Of a stretch of DNA of 64,000 nt, positions 28,510 through 43,206 are shown piece after piece. The notes beneath the pieces were generated by a model, which was given only the letters and a program-made list of their open reading frames with translations, was not told the DNA's origin and did no database searches. The number at the start of each line of letters is the position of its first letter. The first letter of the stretch is position 1. The position numbers and the translations under genes were made by a program. Source of the DNA: Eledone cirrhosa (taxonomy: Eukaryota); NCBI GenBank assembly GCA_964016885.1, contig OZ024740.1, positions 167,214,001 to 167,278,000 of the forward strand. The letters are read 5' to 3'.

Positions 28510-29910
28510 CAAAGTGTTGAAACGGTCAAATTTTACTTTAGAACATTTATTAGCTGACAATTGTTTCTTCCAGAGGGAAGTCTGGATCCACCGGAGCATA
28601 AGGAATGTCGACACATATAACTAAAATCCTAGTCATTTAGAACATTTAGGGTACATAATTGTTATTAGTGTCAAAGGCATCATGTGGAGAGTCAGGAGTT
28701 ATAAAGATGTTCTGTTTGAAAGAACACAATTACAGGCAGCACTGGTTGGAAGTGTAATAGGTATAAGTAAAAAGCACAAGTAAAAAAATATCATGAGCTA
28801 GAAAAAACACAGGCAAAAAAAGTTATAAGGAAGGAAAATTGGTGTACAATGCAGGAGTCAATACAGTTAATAAGGCATGTATGAGGAAAAAGTTATAATG
28901 CAGTTGAAGTACACCTATTTTATGTGGGGTGTTAAAGCATGTTATAATTGTTATAAATGTTTAAGACAGTGTGTAATTTGTTAGAGAGGCATGTGGTGAT
29001 AATGTAGGTATTTGTTATGTAAGGTGTAATGCAAAGCACATGATAGAGTTGGGTATGTGATTGTCATTTAAGTGTTTTTGTGTAGTAGTTCTTATGTATG
29101 TGTATGTGTTGTTCGTTACTGACAGCTATTAACCATGGGATCATTTTGAGTCGTTTATAGACAATAGGTGATTTTTTGTTAAATGTAAATTCAGCCGAAT
29201 TACAGGCCATGTTGTTATTTTAGGTATATTATTTTATGCATTTTTTATCTACAAATTATATTTTCTAGGGTTTGTATTAACCGTTATTAAAATGTTGGTG
29301 AACCGTTATGGTGATTAATTTTATAAGTTTACACAGGAAGTTGTAAAGGAGGTTAATAACAAAGGGAGGTAATTAAGGTTGTTGATAAATTAAGGGTTGT
29401 TATAATATTGTGGTAGTGTTATAAGTTAATCTTTATAGAGTATATAAAATATAAAATATTATTTGTTATATAATTGTTGTCTTTTAAACTTGTGTGAAGA
29501 GGTTTAAAAACATTTATTTAATAAGTTTATTATAACTAGCTTATGATATGCCTTTGCTTGTGCGTTTTAATTATACCTATTACACTTCCAACTAGTGGTG
29601 CCTGTAATTGTGTTCTTTCAAGCAGAACATTTGTTTATCTCCTGACTCTCCACATAATGCTTTTGACACTATTATGTACCCTAAATGTTCTAAATGAGTA
29701 GGATTTTAGTTACATGTTTCGACATTCCTTATGCTCCGATGATCCAGACTTCCCTCTGGTAGAAACAATTGCCAGCTAATAAATGTTCTAAACTAAAATT
29801 TGCTCGTTTCAACACTTTGTATCTCGGCTCTGTAAAACACTTGAACATTTGCATTGAGCCTTTTGTCATACCGGTAACCGGCTAGTACTTAGTACTATCC
29901 TACATATTTA
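28507..29910. mobile_element. Older inverted PLE insertion: arms 28507-28801 and 29536-29822, tail to about 29910; variant HHRs at 28553-28597 (-) and 29733-29776 (+)
   Basis: Diverged inverted arms. gcu CCGAUGA uccaga-cuuccc-ucuggu a GAAA caauug (U/C)C agc u AAUAAA. The spacer resembles decayed endonuclease and UTR on the minus strand. Confidence 0.82.
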
Positions 29911-29948
29911 TATTTATATCAAACATATATAAATATAAATATTCTTAT

Positions 29949-30073
<125 letters not shown>

Positions 30074-31581
30074 CATGTGTGTGCGCATGTGTATCTATTT
30101 GATCAATGAGGGAATACATTTATTTACTCTTCTCAGATTCAGGTTCATCAATGGTTGCACAGATATTGATGTCTAATTATAATTTATAATTTTGACTCAC
30201 ATTCCGCTTTTGTACTTTTTTCTGCTGGTGATCCCTGAAGATTTTATTTACTTTACTTTCCAGACTAAGTAGCTCACATTGAAGAGAGCATAGACTGGAC
30301 GTTTGGAACCTTTCAGTGATACCCTCGATTGTAAAGTATATATTTTTATACCAAAGTCTGGTGACAGTCTTTTTTGATATCCATAACTGGTTCTATTCCA
30401 GGCACAATACTTCTAATTTGGGTTGAGGTAATCTATTATAGCTACCAAGTCTTGACTATAACTATATTTCATCAACTCCGGGAATATGAAATGAATAATT
30501 ACTATCGGCGTGATTTGAAATCAGGAAATAAAGAACGGAAACCGAAGACCACACATAATTATATCCGTGGTTTTACCAATTACATTAATTCACCGACCTT
30601 ATTAAATGGGTCAATAGGTAATATCTTGTTTCAAAGATTTAAGTATCTTTCAATAGCTCCTCTGGAGTATAGAATCAGTCGTTCTTATACAAGTCGTTTG
30701 GTTGCCTTTAGTACAGTGGTTTACGACGGCCACAACCTAATTTGTTTTAACGATTGAAAGATACATTTCGGTCACTTTCAATTCCATAAAATAATGAATA
30801 GACTATCGCCAAAGTTTGCTAGACTAAAAATAAGAAATTAGGAGCAACGTGGTGGTAAAGGTCGGAAGAGGTATGTAGTAACATGTTTTGTGAGTCCAGT
30901 TATTTCGGAAGAAGTGAGAGAAAATGCTTGTAAATGTTACTTGCAGTAATATGTTAGTTTGAAACCAGTTCAAATGAAGTAAATGAAATTGAAAAGTCGT
31001 AAAATGAGAAAGTGAGAAATAAAAGAAATTGGGTTGAGGTTAACGGAAAAACAGTTCTCAAAAGCACAAATAAAATAAAATAATATAAAAGTACATACAA
31101 ATCAAGATGAAGATATAATGATCATATTTATAGAAATAATGTGTGATAATGTTCATATTTTTAGAAAATATTTGATTCGAGATGGCGCGCGGAGTAAGTG
31201 TTATTGTTGCTGCAGACCATCTCTATTTCGCTGGCCATCTCCGAATCAAATATGTTCTCTAATCTCTGTTTGTGTTTGCCGTAATTCCTTCATTGATTAA
31301 CTAACTATGCAACCCGAACTTGATGATCTAGCCAGGATCCTAAGTAACCAGGCCATTGAATAAACAAGAGTTTTTTTTACACCAATCAATAAAACTGTTT
31401 AAGGAATATTACCAGTCCGGCCACCTGTAATTTTAATCAAAATTAATATTTAACTCCGTTCCTTCAGCAGTCAAGGGATTGATGTTTAGTTGCGTAACAT
31501 TGTGTAATTTTCCTACTATTACATTATGGTTATCTAAACGAAATGACCAGTTCTATCCATTGGTGAAATACAAAACATAAA

Positions 31582-31651
<70 letters not shown>

Positions 31652-31655
<4 letters not shown>

Positions 31656-32000
31656 CGTTGCACGTGCTGTAATCGCTTTCTATTTTGCATTTGTTCTTCA
31701 GAGACGGCGTGGCAGCCGCTTAAATATTTGAAAATACCACCTTTTCGCTCAAGTTTCCGCCTTTTCGGCTCTAGCTCCCAAATCTTTCAACCGATTTCGT
31801 TCAAATTCGAGACTCCCTCCCCCGGCATGCCCCTTCATCCGTCACCCACGTTTCCCACTGATAGAGGTCATCACCACCCTCCCCCGCATGGCATGTGTTC
31901 GCCATAGATGAGTCATCGAGAAGCCGTCGCTAAGATCAACATCTTTTCATCAAAGCAGATATTATTTTACCTACCCAGGCAACGCTGGGTACTGCTGCTA

Positions 32001-32001
<1 letters not shown>
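31652..32001 (+). mobile_element. Probable non-autonomous Helitron (3' terminus)
   Basis: Subterminal hairpin tacccag-gcaacg-ctgggta (31972-31991), then CTAG (31998-32001) followed by T. The 5' limit is uncertain. Confidence 0.6.
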
Positions 32002-32084
<83 letters not shown>

Positions 32085-33062
32085 ATAAATCTATATATGT
32101 ATAGACATATATATATATACATATATAATTACTCACACACATTCATATCTATTTCAATGTATATTGATGCATACAGATATACAAATATATAAACCGACAT
32201 ACAAATATGCACAATACATATTAAACTGCCTATTACCCCTACATATTAACTATTATGAGGAAGAATGATAAACTAGTGAAATAGATAATTAGAGGAAGGT
32301 GATGTGTGCATAAATACAAGTGTTGCAGAGGCACCACTATGTTGAAGATCTCGAACATTCATCTAAAACACGTGTTTAAGTATGTTTCTGATTTTAACTG
32401 GGAGTGAAACAGAAAATGTAAAAGGGAGAATAAATACTAGAAAAACTAAGAAAATATATAACGAAATTAGAAATAATAGAATTATGTTACTTCAAGGGTA
32501 AATTGTTTGAAATAGGAGACTTAACATTAAGTGGATATAATGTTCAAAAGAATACGACAGGCTTTTCATACTATATGTTACAAGGCGGAAATTAAAATGT
32601 CACCCTCCAGACATCATTGAAATAAAACAAAAATAATAGAAGAATTATGACTTTATTAATAAGTTAATAGCAACAGCTGGTTGAGACGGCTGTAAAGATG
32701 TGTTTGTTTGTTCTCTGGATAACTACTAATTTTATAATTCCCTTTAATGAAATTCTAATGTACAAGATACAATTATACAATTACAATACGCATGAAATTT
32801 GGGATATATTAGTTTCAATTGAAGTTAATTAAAACTATTTATTTTATCATAGGATAAAAAGCAATTTGAGATCAAAAGTTAGGTTGATGGAGGAAGCTGT
32901 GTGTGATGATATATTTAATTCGTTGATATTTTTGTTTTATTGGACTAGTATAGGTTATAGAAAATAAGACAGTTAAAACCTAAGCAGGAAATAAGGTTTC
33001 ATACAAACACACACGTACAAGTATATATACATACGTATAAATATATATATATACACATATGT

Positions 33063-33132
<70 letters not shown>

Positions 33133-33490
33133 ATATATATGAAACAAACATGAGAAGAAATGAATACTGCGTGGTTGCACATGGGTTACATATGATAAAA
33201 ATAGTCCTTCATCAATGATTTTCCAACCATCATTGGTATTTCATCGCTTTAAACATCATATACCTCCAGTTGGTGCGAGCAATAGCTAAATAAAGCTATT
33301 GGGACAAGTAAATCGCGTAAAGCGAGCGAGACAAGTAAACAAACATAGAAGGATAGCAACGCAAAGATAGGAAATATACATATATATATATATATTATAT
33401 ATATATAATGATACTATTTATAGTTATGTATATACTATACTATAAATAACTATAAACAGGAAAGGTTTTATTACTACCTTATTATCTAAA

Positions 33491-33512
33491 GAAACAATTG
33501 TCAGCGATTAAA
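33491..33512 (+). ncRNA. 3' half of an HHR
   Basis: GAAA caauug UC agc g AUUAAA, the same as the 28553/29733 family end. The 5' core is missing. Confidence 0.4.
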
Positions 33513-33542
33513 TGATTTGAACATAACTTTGATACTTGTGTA

Positions 33543-33606
<64 letters not shown>

Positions 33607-33817
33607 TTATTTATTAGCCACAAGGGTACACAAGAAGGGGACAAATACAAATGGGGAGTTTACATACAGGTATATGGAAATAAAACTATTAATACAATAA
33701 CAAATAACAATTGAAATCCCCAATTGAAATCCCCGAAAAAAAGTACAACCCTCATCTCCAGGAGCACCAAGAGTGAGTACTCCCTTCCTCTCTTCCTCTT
33801 TTTCATCAACCTACAGG

Positions 33818-33896
<79 letters not shown>

Positions 33897-33918
33897 TAGC
33901 CTCTCTCTCTCTCTCTCC

Positions 33919-33951
<33 letters not shown>

Positions 33952-33982
33952 GAGAGAGAGAGGGAGAGAGAGAGAGAGGGAT

Positions 33983-34054
<72 letters not shown>

Positions 34055-35941
34055 GAGATGATAGATAAACAGAGAGCAAAAATAATAATAATAATCCTAA
34101 TATATTGAAATATGGAAATGTGAGAAACACATGCGCAGAAATTAACTTAAAAAACACTCGATTCCTTTAGATAATAACTGAAACAATCCGAAAAATTACG
34201 GAGACGAAAAAAGAGACGAAAAAAAGTGTTAGAAGCGTTTACGAGGAACCAAATCCCATGTGCATCGAATAACGTGCGGGTGCGTTGTCGTTCGGCTAAA
34301 GGAAGACTCATACCTCTTCCGACAAATTTAGGATGCTATTCAATACACTTTGATGCCACTGTAGCAATAAAATGCGTATAAATGTCTCGTGTATATTCTG
34401 GAACTTCGGAAATTTTCTAGAGTTTGTGTTCACATTCTGGTTCAATATCTAATTGCTCTGACAAAAAAATCATTTGCTATGCCAATAACAATTTGGTCAA
34501 TAGTTTGTTAGCCACCAATTGTCGTTATGCGTTATGTCACTTACATCAGGTCACTTTAGAACAAAATTGAATATTTACTGCATAATTCCAATCGAATCTG
34601 TTATTGATAAATCAGACGGCAATGTAGTGGCTATGAATCCGGGACATATAGGAACGAGGAAAGAATGTTACACGAAATGAAGATTTCTTCTGAAAGTTTG
34701 CCACAAAGGAGAGTCTGCTAAGTCCCATTCATGAGCGAGACGTTGGTGTTAGAAATAGAGACAAATTAATCTACCACGCAGGTAGTCTACGCCAGAACCA
34801 GAATGTGAACAGAAAACGCAAATTCTGGAACAAATACGGGAAGTCATCTAATCCAACGCTCCAATAATTTCGCGAGTAAGCCGTCATAGATTACTACATA
34901 TTTTCAAATTTCAGAAGCATGAACATTAAACTCGAATGGGTTTTGAACTCAGAATTCAACGAGCCAGAATAAATACTGCACTTCATTTCATTCGAAGTTC
35001 TAATGATTCCCATCGCCTATAATTTAACGTTTAGACAGCAAGTGTCATAGTAGACAATATATTATGTTTCTAAACAAAGTGAGATATATAGATGAAGCAA
35101 ATATTTATTTAGATTTGGTGTGGTAAATTTATGACTCACCTCATGATATAAAGTTCCTGAATTTAATATATTCCTTAACTTTCTAGAATACCATAATTGC
35201 TATATTCAATTGTTAAAGTTGTTAAGATTTAGATACATTAGTATTTCACGATAACAGGATATTGATTAACACAAAATAAGGATTTGTAAGAAATGTCTAA
35301 TTTCTGAACAAATATTTTCTACTCCGGTAATCATACTTCTGTAATTACGAACATCATAATATATTAAAATTTTAGGTCCAAGAATATGTACGTTCGAGTA
35401 TACGTAAATTCAAATACGAATTGATTTATTTATATGTGTGTATGGATGTGTGTATGCGTGTAGTGTGGATGACTATGTGTGTAATCAAAAGAGCATACAA
35501 CCAGATCAAAGTACATGAAACTATTCTCAATTGTGCTTATATATTGAGAAAATATCCAGACTCACACGAATACAGGGATGCATGTAGACATTTCCATTTA
35601 TACATGAGAGAAAGAGAGAGAGCTAGAAAGAGAGAGAGAAATAGAGAGGGGGTAGAGAGACAGAAAGGGGAAGAAAGAAAGAGAAAAGATATGATAAGTT
35701 CAGGTCAAGCTTAAATCGTTTCGAAAGAAAGATGGAGTTCCCATTTAGACAGGAAACAGTTTAAACGTGACATCCTAGCTTACAATAATTCCACAAATGT
35801 GGAGTACTATGTTGGAAAATGCTATCATTATAGCATTTATCTGAAGACTCACATCCAGATACACAGATTCACACACAAGTACACGCAAACATATATATAT
35901 GTGTGTATGTGTCTATGTGTGCGTATGTGTGTATAATATAT

Positions 35942-36008
<67 letters not shown>

Positions 36009-36895
36009 AAGAATTACTACAGAGAATATATACCAATATGAATGTATATATATAAGTCTTTAACTGAGCCTCTCTTTTATAAGAGACTGGGTTCGACGCA
36101 CAATGTAAAGGGGAATTTTGTATCTAACAATTACAGAGAGATCAAGGTGTGTTAACGATTCCGAATTGAGTTATTTATACAAATATATGCTTCTTTTTTT
36201 TAACAATTAGGAAGCACACAAGCCGACGAGAGAACATCTTTGTGATTACTAAATCAACGAGAGAGCAGCCAAATAGCAATTGCTGTTGTGATTCACGTCT
36301 TTGCGATTGTATTGTGACAGGGCATTCTATTTGTTCAAGAAGAAATAACTCTCTACTCAATTTCACTATTTTTTTGTCCATAGCAAAACGCCGTGCTTTG
36401 GTGTGTCCTATAAACGAGACTTATTCGGCAATACTCTGTACTGTTTTCTTTAAAGCTCCATAAAACAGCAAGGCTACTCTATAAATGAGGAGTACTTTTA
36501 TAGTATGGAATGTTACAAACGAATCCTCCAATACGCTTGATTATAATGTTAGGAACTAACTCGTGTTTGTTCCAAAAATAATCGCGATCAAGTGATGTTT
36601 CAATCGTTAATCACTTTTTCAGTTTTTCAATCAGCTGCGACAATAAGTAGTCATATGCGATATATAGAGATATGTATGATTATTTTATGTAATAAATGCT
36701 ATCTCTATGTGAAATAACTAGTAAAGATCTATTTTTTATGAGATTAAATGAAGACAGGACAATTTCACACAACACTTATCTAAACGAACATTTTTTTTAC
36801 CAAAGAATCAATGACGTAAAAGAAGAGCATAAGGCTTACAGAAGCAATTTGAAACATTATAAGTATTTGAGGATTTGATACATCTCTATTGTCTG

Positions 36896-36970
<75 letters not shown>

Positions 36971-37050
36971 TAGTGTGTGTGTGTGTCTGTGTGTGTAGTG
37001 TGGGGTGAATGTGTCTGTGCATCTATATGTATATATATATACATGCACAT

Positions 37051-37119
<69 letters not shown>

Positions 37120-37122
<3 letters not shown>

Positions 37123-40100
37123 TAAGTTAAGGCCTTCTTAGGTCAAAGCTGACCGTGAGTAGCGTCCTGTTGTCTGCTCGGCTGGAGCAGCGTGTCTCCG
37201 GTGGCTAAACAGAACTATACGTCAGTGACAGTCTCTGTCACATTAAACCCATTTGTATATAGTCTCTGGTCTGTTGGATTTATTGCGCTCCTTTCGCCGG
37301 CCTCTTCTGCTCGCTGCTGCATTCATAAAACTATCCTCCTCTTATTTGAGGTGTTGATTCAGTGTGTTTCTCCCTCTTGGCCGATCAGCTGCGAGGCTCA
37401 CCCAGGACTCTGTGTTGATCTCAATGGCTTTCATGTAGTTCTTCACAATGTCCTTATATCGCAGCCGAGCTCCACTGGTGGCTCTCTTTGCAGAGGCCAG
37501 CTGGCCATATAAGATGACTTTTGGGATGCAGCCATCATTCACGTGCTGGATGTGTCCTAGCCAACGTAGTCTGCGCTGTCGGAGCTGACTAAACAAGCTG
37601 GGAAGGCCAGCACGAATAACAACCCCGGCATTGCGCACTCTGTTCTTTCTGCCAGGATATATCCAGGATACGGTGCAAGTTTCTCAGATGGAAGGTGTTG
37701 AGTCGCCTCTCCTCTCTGGCATATGAGAACCCTGTCTCACTGTCATACAACAGTGTACCAATGACACAGGCATTGCACACCACCATCTTCGCCATTACCT
37801 CCAGCTTGGGGTTTGTTCAAACACAGGTTGTGAGTCGGGAAAATGTGGTGGCTGCCTTCCCAATCTTCCTGTAGAGCTCTGTGTCCAGGGAGAGGTTGTC
37901 GGTGATGGTGGAACCGAGGTAGGTGAACTGATGCACGATGTCGAGCTCATAGTCATCGATTTTTTTGACTGCTGGTGCCTCTGTGTCCAGTCGCAATACG
38001 TTTGTTTTCCCAAGACTGATGGTCAGTCCAAAATCCCTGCAGGCCTGGGACAAGCGGTCCATCAACCTCTGAAGTTGCTGCTGGGAGTGCGTCGCAACTG
38101 CTGCATCATCGGCAAACATCATGTCTCTAATGAGGGTCTTACGTACGTTTGTCCTCGCTCTCGGGCGGGCGAGGTTCAACAGCTTGCCGTCTGATCTGGT
38201 ATGGAGGAAGATCTCTTCTGTTGGAGTGCCGAATGCATGTTTCAAGAGCAGAGCAAAGAAGATCCCAAAGAGCGTGGGCGCAAGGATGAAACCGTGCTTA
38301 CGCCCTTGCGAATTCTGAATTACTCAGAGGTGCCCCCATTAAATTAAACTGCACTGTCCCTCTCATATTGGTGTGGAAAGATTCGACCATGATCTTTAGT
38401 CCCAGTGGAACTCAATCTTCGGGAGGATCTTGAAAATGCCGTCTCTACTAACCAGGTCAAACGTCTTTGTGAGGTCGATAAAAGCAAAATACATGGGGAT
38501 GTTCTGTTTCCTGCATTTCTCCTGGAGTTAGCAGAGGGAGAAGACCATGTCTACTGCGGATTGCTCGGCTCGGAAGCCACTCTGTTCTGCAGGCGGATCA
38601 AGATGTCTCATGCGAATACCTTATCGATGATTTTGAGAAGGCAGATGCCCCTGTAGTTGTTGCAGTCGCTTCTTTCGTCTTTCTCCTTCTAGAGGGTGAT
38701 GAACTTAGCGTCCGCCATGTCCTGTGACACAGCATATTCTTGCCAGCATTGGCAGTAGACCTTATGTAGTGGCCGCAATAGGATAGTTCGGAATTGCGTG
38801 ATCGGGTCTGGAGGAACTCCATCGTCACCTGGTTGCTTGCCTGAGGTCAAGCTGTTAATTGCCGTCTTGAGTTCTTCCAAAGTCGGCTCAGCATCAAGCT
38901 CTTCCATGACAGGCAGCCACTCAAAATCATCGAGAGCCGAGTGGGAAACGGTATTCTGTCTGGATAGAGTTCAAAGTAGTGCTCCACTCATCTCTCCATC
39001 TGCTGGCCCCTGTCAGTGATTACTTCCCCAATGTTGGATTTCAGGGGAGCTGTCTTGCTCTGGACCAGTCCCAGTACCATCTTGATGCCATCATATATGC
39101 CTCAGATGTTCCCTGTTACAGCAGCTGCCTGGATGTCTTCACTGAACTGTGTCTTGCAGTCTATTGAACCTTGCTTCTGGCAGCCGTGAGAGTCTGCAGG
39201 TTCCTTTCGCTGGGCGATCGTTTGTACTCAGCTAGGGCAGCAAGCCTGGCTTCGATGACAGAGGTCATCCTGATGGACCTTGCCTCAAACCAGTCATGCG
39301 AATTCGAGCACCTTTTTCCAAAGGTAGACAAGGCCGTGCTGTGGATGATGTTTCGTAGCATTTCCCACTTGTCTGTGGCAGACTCCCCAGGTTGTAAGGT
39401 GTGAAGTTGTTTCTTGAGAGCTACCGTGGTATCAAGACAAAGATTCCCCTGTTACTTGATTCGATGGAATCTCCTCGGTTGCAGCATGATATTGCAACAC
39501 AACAAGGAGTGATCTGTGTCACAGTCTGCACTGTGGTAGGAGCGTGTGTGGATAACGTTCTTGATGGCGGTACCTTCTGACCAGAATGAGGTCCAGCAGG
39601 TGCCAGTGATTCGAGCGTGGATGTCTCCAGGAAACAATATGTTGCGGCTTGGTGCGGTAGTAGGTGTTGGTGATGTACGGTTTGTGATAAGTGCAGAGCT
39701 CGAGAATGTGCTGTCCATTGTCATTCATTTTCCCCACACAAAACTGTTCCAAGGCAGGAGGGCCATGAGTCATGATCTCTAGCCACTCTGGCATTGAAAT
39801 GCTAAAGGAGAATGAGTTGTTCCCTGTTGGGAATGTTGTTGATAATTGATGCAAGGTTCCCATAGAACCTATTCTTTTTGTTTGATGTGGGGGACAGTGT
39901 TCGGGCAAACACGCTGACAATGGTGACGGGACCTGCGTTAGAGTTGAGGCGGAGAGTCAGAAGTCTCTCTGGGCCGTTATTAACTGGTTCTACCATATTC
40001 AGCAGGCGGTTCTGCACTTCAAAGCCTACTCAATGCTGAGCCTACACACCAACCCCTTCCAGTAGATGTCTAGTCTTATTCCTTTAGTGTACCGGTGTCT

Positions 40101-40730
40101 GCCAGTCATGTTTCCTCAAGGGTGGAAATATCTACGTTCAGTCTCTACAACTCGGTGTTAATCACAGCTGTTTTTCTGCAGCCACTGGTGTTCTGTATGT
40201 TGTTGGAAAGGCCAGTAGTCATTGTCTGGACATTCCAAGTTCCTAGTTTTAGAGCTGGTCTCTTTTGTTGCTTGATTGTTTTACCTGGTACGAAAGTTTC
40301 GGACTCTAGATTTTTCAAACAAGGTTTACTTCTGCGTCCTTCCCATGAATGGCTATCATCGTAAGGTAGCGGAACTTTGGATTCAGAGTTTTCCTTCTCC
40401 TAGATGGACTACGTACCAAAGCTAACAACCTCCGTATGGCCCAATATGGCAGGGTTACATAGTAGCCAGTAGCAGGACAATGCAGGGAAACCAGAGCAAC
40501 CTGACCTGACTGCAACCCACATATGTACATGCTAAATGATGGCCGTGAACTCACACGAGTTCCTCCGCCCTTTGACAGGTTTTGTTTTCCATCCTGCAGT
40601 ATGTCCAATAATCACCATCCTCCCAAAGCAAGCCAACTGGGGTTGCCGGTTTAGTCACCGACGACCTGACCATGGTACAAATTGTACTGGGTTACATGTT
40701 ACCAGTAGCACCCAAGAGAGACCTGTTAAT
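37120..40730 (-). mobile_element. Near full-length degenerate RTE LINE (BovB/RTE-1-like), inserted in (CA)n
   Basis: APE (GTWNVQT..., ERLLTLRL, YITNTYYRTKPQHIVSWRHPRSNHWHLLDLILV, RSYHSADCDTDHSL). RT (ELDAEPTLEEL, DCNNYRGICLL, RDMMFADDAAV, FTYLGSTI, LRQRRLRWLGH). Many frameshifts. Confidence 0.95.
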
Positions 40731-40731
40731 A

Positions 40732-40764
<33 letters not shown>

Positions 40765-41299
40765 CACACACACACACATGTTAAATATGTATTAGACGCA
40801 CATGAAATTACAACCTATCTTCTTGGAAAGACGAAAGGCGAATTGTCATACAGTTGTTCCAACACATTCAACTTTTTTTCGCACCTCTTTGAAAGCGTTG
40901 TTCCACTTAAACACCTTTATTCTCCATAAAGTTCCACCTCCAAAAGCTTGTTCTAGAAAAATAATAATTCAGTACGACGTAAAGCGATTTTCACACCAAA
41001 GCATATCATGTAATGTTGTTCGATAGATCAAACTATTATTTTAAAGCAAGTACGCAGATGCAGCCAATGTCATAACCAACATAATTATATACATCAACAA
41101 GATGCTGCCTTTCCATGTCGTCCATAGAATATCAGTATCCTTACTATTGGGATAAGCCTCGTATATATAGTCATTTGTTTTAGTATTAATGTTGAACATA
41201 TATTGATACTACCAAACCAAATACTTATTCTCTCTTATACATAGACCAGGTCCGAACACAAATGAACCAAACTCCCACTGTCACCACCTCCTTCTCTCC

Positions 41300-41590
41300 C
41301 TCTGTCCCCATTTCACAATATTGTGAGCAAATGAGGTCCCACTTCTTGGCCGCCTTGCGGCTCCGGCGGACAGAATGGAGAACGCGTTTACCCGAAGGAT
41401 GATAAGGAAGACGCGCTGGAAGAGCCATTTGAGCTTGCGAGACTCACACCAGCGGGCAACTAACTCTGGGGGGATAGTGGTGAGCAGGGGTGTTGGACCT
41501 AGGACAAAGGACACAAGAAATCTCCACTGCGCGGGCTCGAGCCCAATCCTGTCGGAGATCAACCCTGACGATACAAATTTTAGCACTGGA
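41300..41590 (-). mobile_element. CRE-like RLE 3' fragment, related to 2822-3540
   Basis: VLGP...LLTTI...WLFQRVFLIILRVNAFSILSA matches VLGPRATSLLITI...WLYQCIFLTILRGNVFSILSA. Confidence 0.75.
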
Positions 41591-42484
41591 TGTAATTACG
41601 TGAATGGGACATTTGGTATATAATCATGGAAATTAATAACATTATCTATTTGTTACTGCCATGTGTTGCCGAGATTGTGCATCAAACACGAAAGATTGAA
41701 TTCCTGTTTTCTAATTATAATCGTCGAACAGAATATTACAAAATAATTGCACGACCGCTTGTATTCCTGTTATGTGTGAATACGAATTAAATATGATTAA
41801 TTGACTATTCAATATTTCAATCTTGATAAGTATATATACGCACACACCCACATAGATCTAACTACTAACAACATCGTTTGTATCTACATTTACCCCAATA
41901 CACACAGACACACACACACAAGCAGGCAAACACATACACACTGGCATACACACACACACTGCCACTGCGCCTCCCTCGCAAATTATGTTCTGCATGACAC
42001 CCCTCTCTTCCTTTTCCTCTCTCTCTCCACCGCCTCAGCACTTCCTCTCCAACCAATTCACTAACACCAACGCGTGGACACATCTTTCTGGAATACCGGA
42101 CTACACGTGGATATGCAGATACACACACATGCTCACATACAGACGTACCCGTACACAAACCTCTAGCCGTTGATCTCTGTCCTTCGAGGTAATATTCTAC
42201 TCAACGCCGCTTCGACGGTATTTTGCTGTTCTAACAGCTTCCATACGCTGAGTTTTCTCATTTCCCTGACAATACACTCGCGTCAAAAAACTCTATTTTC
42301 GAGTTAATTTGTCTTTATATATATTTTTTTCTTAAATTCATAAATTGCTTCTACAGGACTAGAACTAGTCATGTAGAAGCCATTTCTATATTAAATATTT
42401 ATCTTCTGCTATGTATTGAGTACCTTACTTACTGTGGTTACCCCCATTTGAACCCGGGATAAACTTATATATATATATATATAT

Positions 42485-42572
42485 AAACAAAGAAGGTCTG
42501 GTAAGATACCAGGTGAACCATAACGCACCAGAGTACTCAATACTTAGGGTACTAGAGTGGGTAATATATTTG
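42485..42572 (-). mobile_element. Isolated PLE-type 3' tail, family C
   Basis: aacaaagaaggtctggtaagataccaggtgaaccataacgcac abuts (TA)n. Homologous to 50800-50881 and 50901-50975. Confidence 0.7.
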
Positions 42573-42961
42573 TTTATTTATTCTGGCTAAATGTATATAT
42601 ATATATATATATTTGTCTTGTCTTTTACTCCACGGAGAGCGCTTTGGTTTGAGTACCGCCTCAGTACCGTCGTCAGTTTTCGAAACTACCAAATCCATCT
42701 CCACGGCTAACGATCTTAGAGTTATGTATGTTTCGTTTGTTTGTTTTTTTGTGTTTTTTTTAAAATAAAAATGTTAACACTTTCCGTTTAAAAATGTTTA
42801 ATAACCTCAGAAAATTGTGATTACTAGTTGTAGCATGTCATACAAGCAAATATGAATTTCCTACTATACAGGGAATTTTAATGCTGCTCCGGGTCTCAAC
42901 CCACCAGATTTACTCCACAAAAGGAGAGAAAATGAAAGTAACAAAGAGGATCAATTCACCC

Positions 42962-43040
42962 GAGTACGTGACTGATTGTTTATTTATCAACCTCAAAATG
43001 ATGAAAGGCAGAGGTGAACTTCGCGTGATTTGAAATCAGA
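42962..43040 (-). mobile_element. Degenerate SINE fragment
   Basis: Reverse complement ctctgatttcaaatcacgcgaagttcacctctgcctttcatc...ggttgataaataaac. Confidence 0.5.
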
Positions 43041-43206
43041 GCACTAGAACAGAGATCGATGCCTCAGTGACTCTGACAGTTATATATATATATATATATA
43101 TATATATGGGGGTGGGGGGTCTGCCCGTGTGCGTGAGTGAGTGTGTGTGTGTGTGCGCGTAATATATAACACACACATATATATTTATAAATATATATAT
43201 ATATAT

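Noticed and set aside
32338-32380. UUGAAGA...AAAA cacgug UU motif
   Set aside because: Two core mismatches and no stem II pairing.
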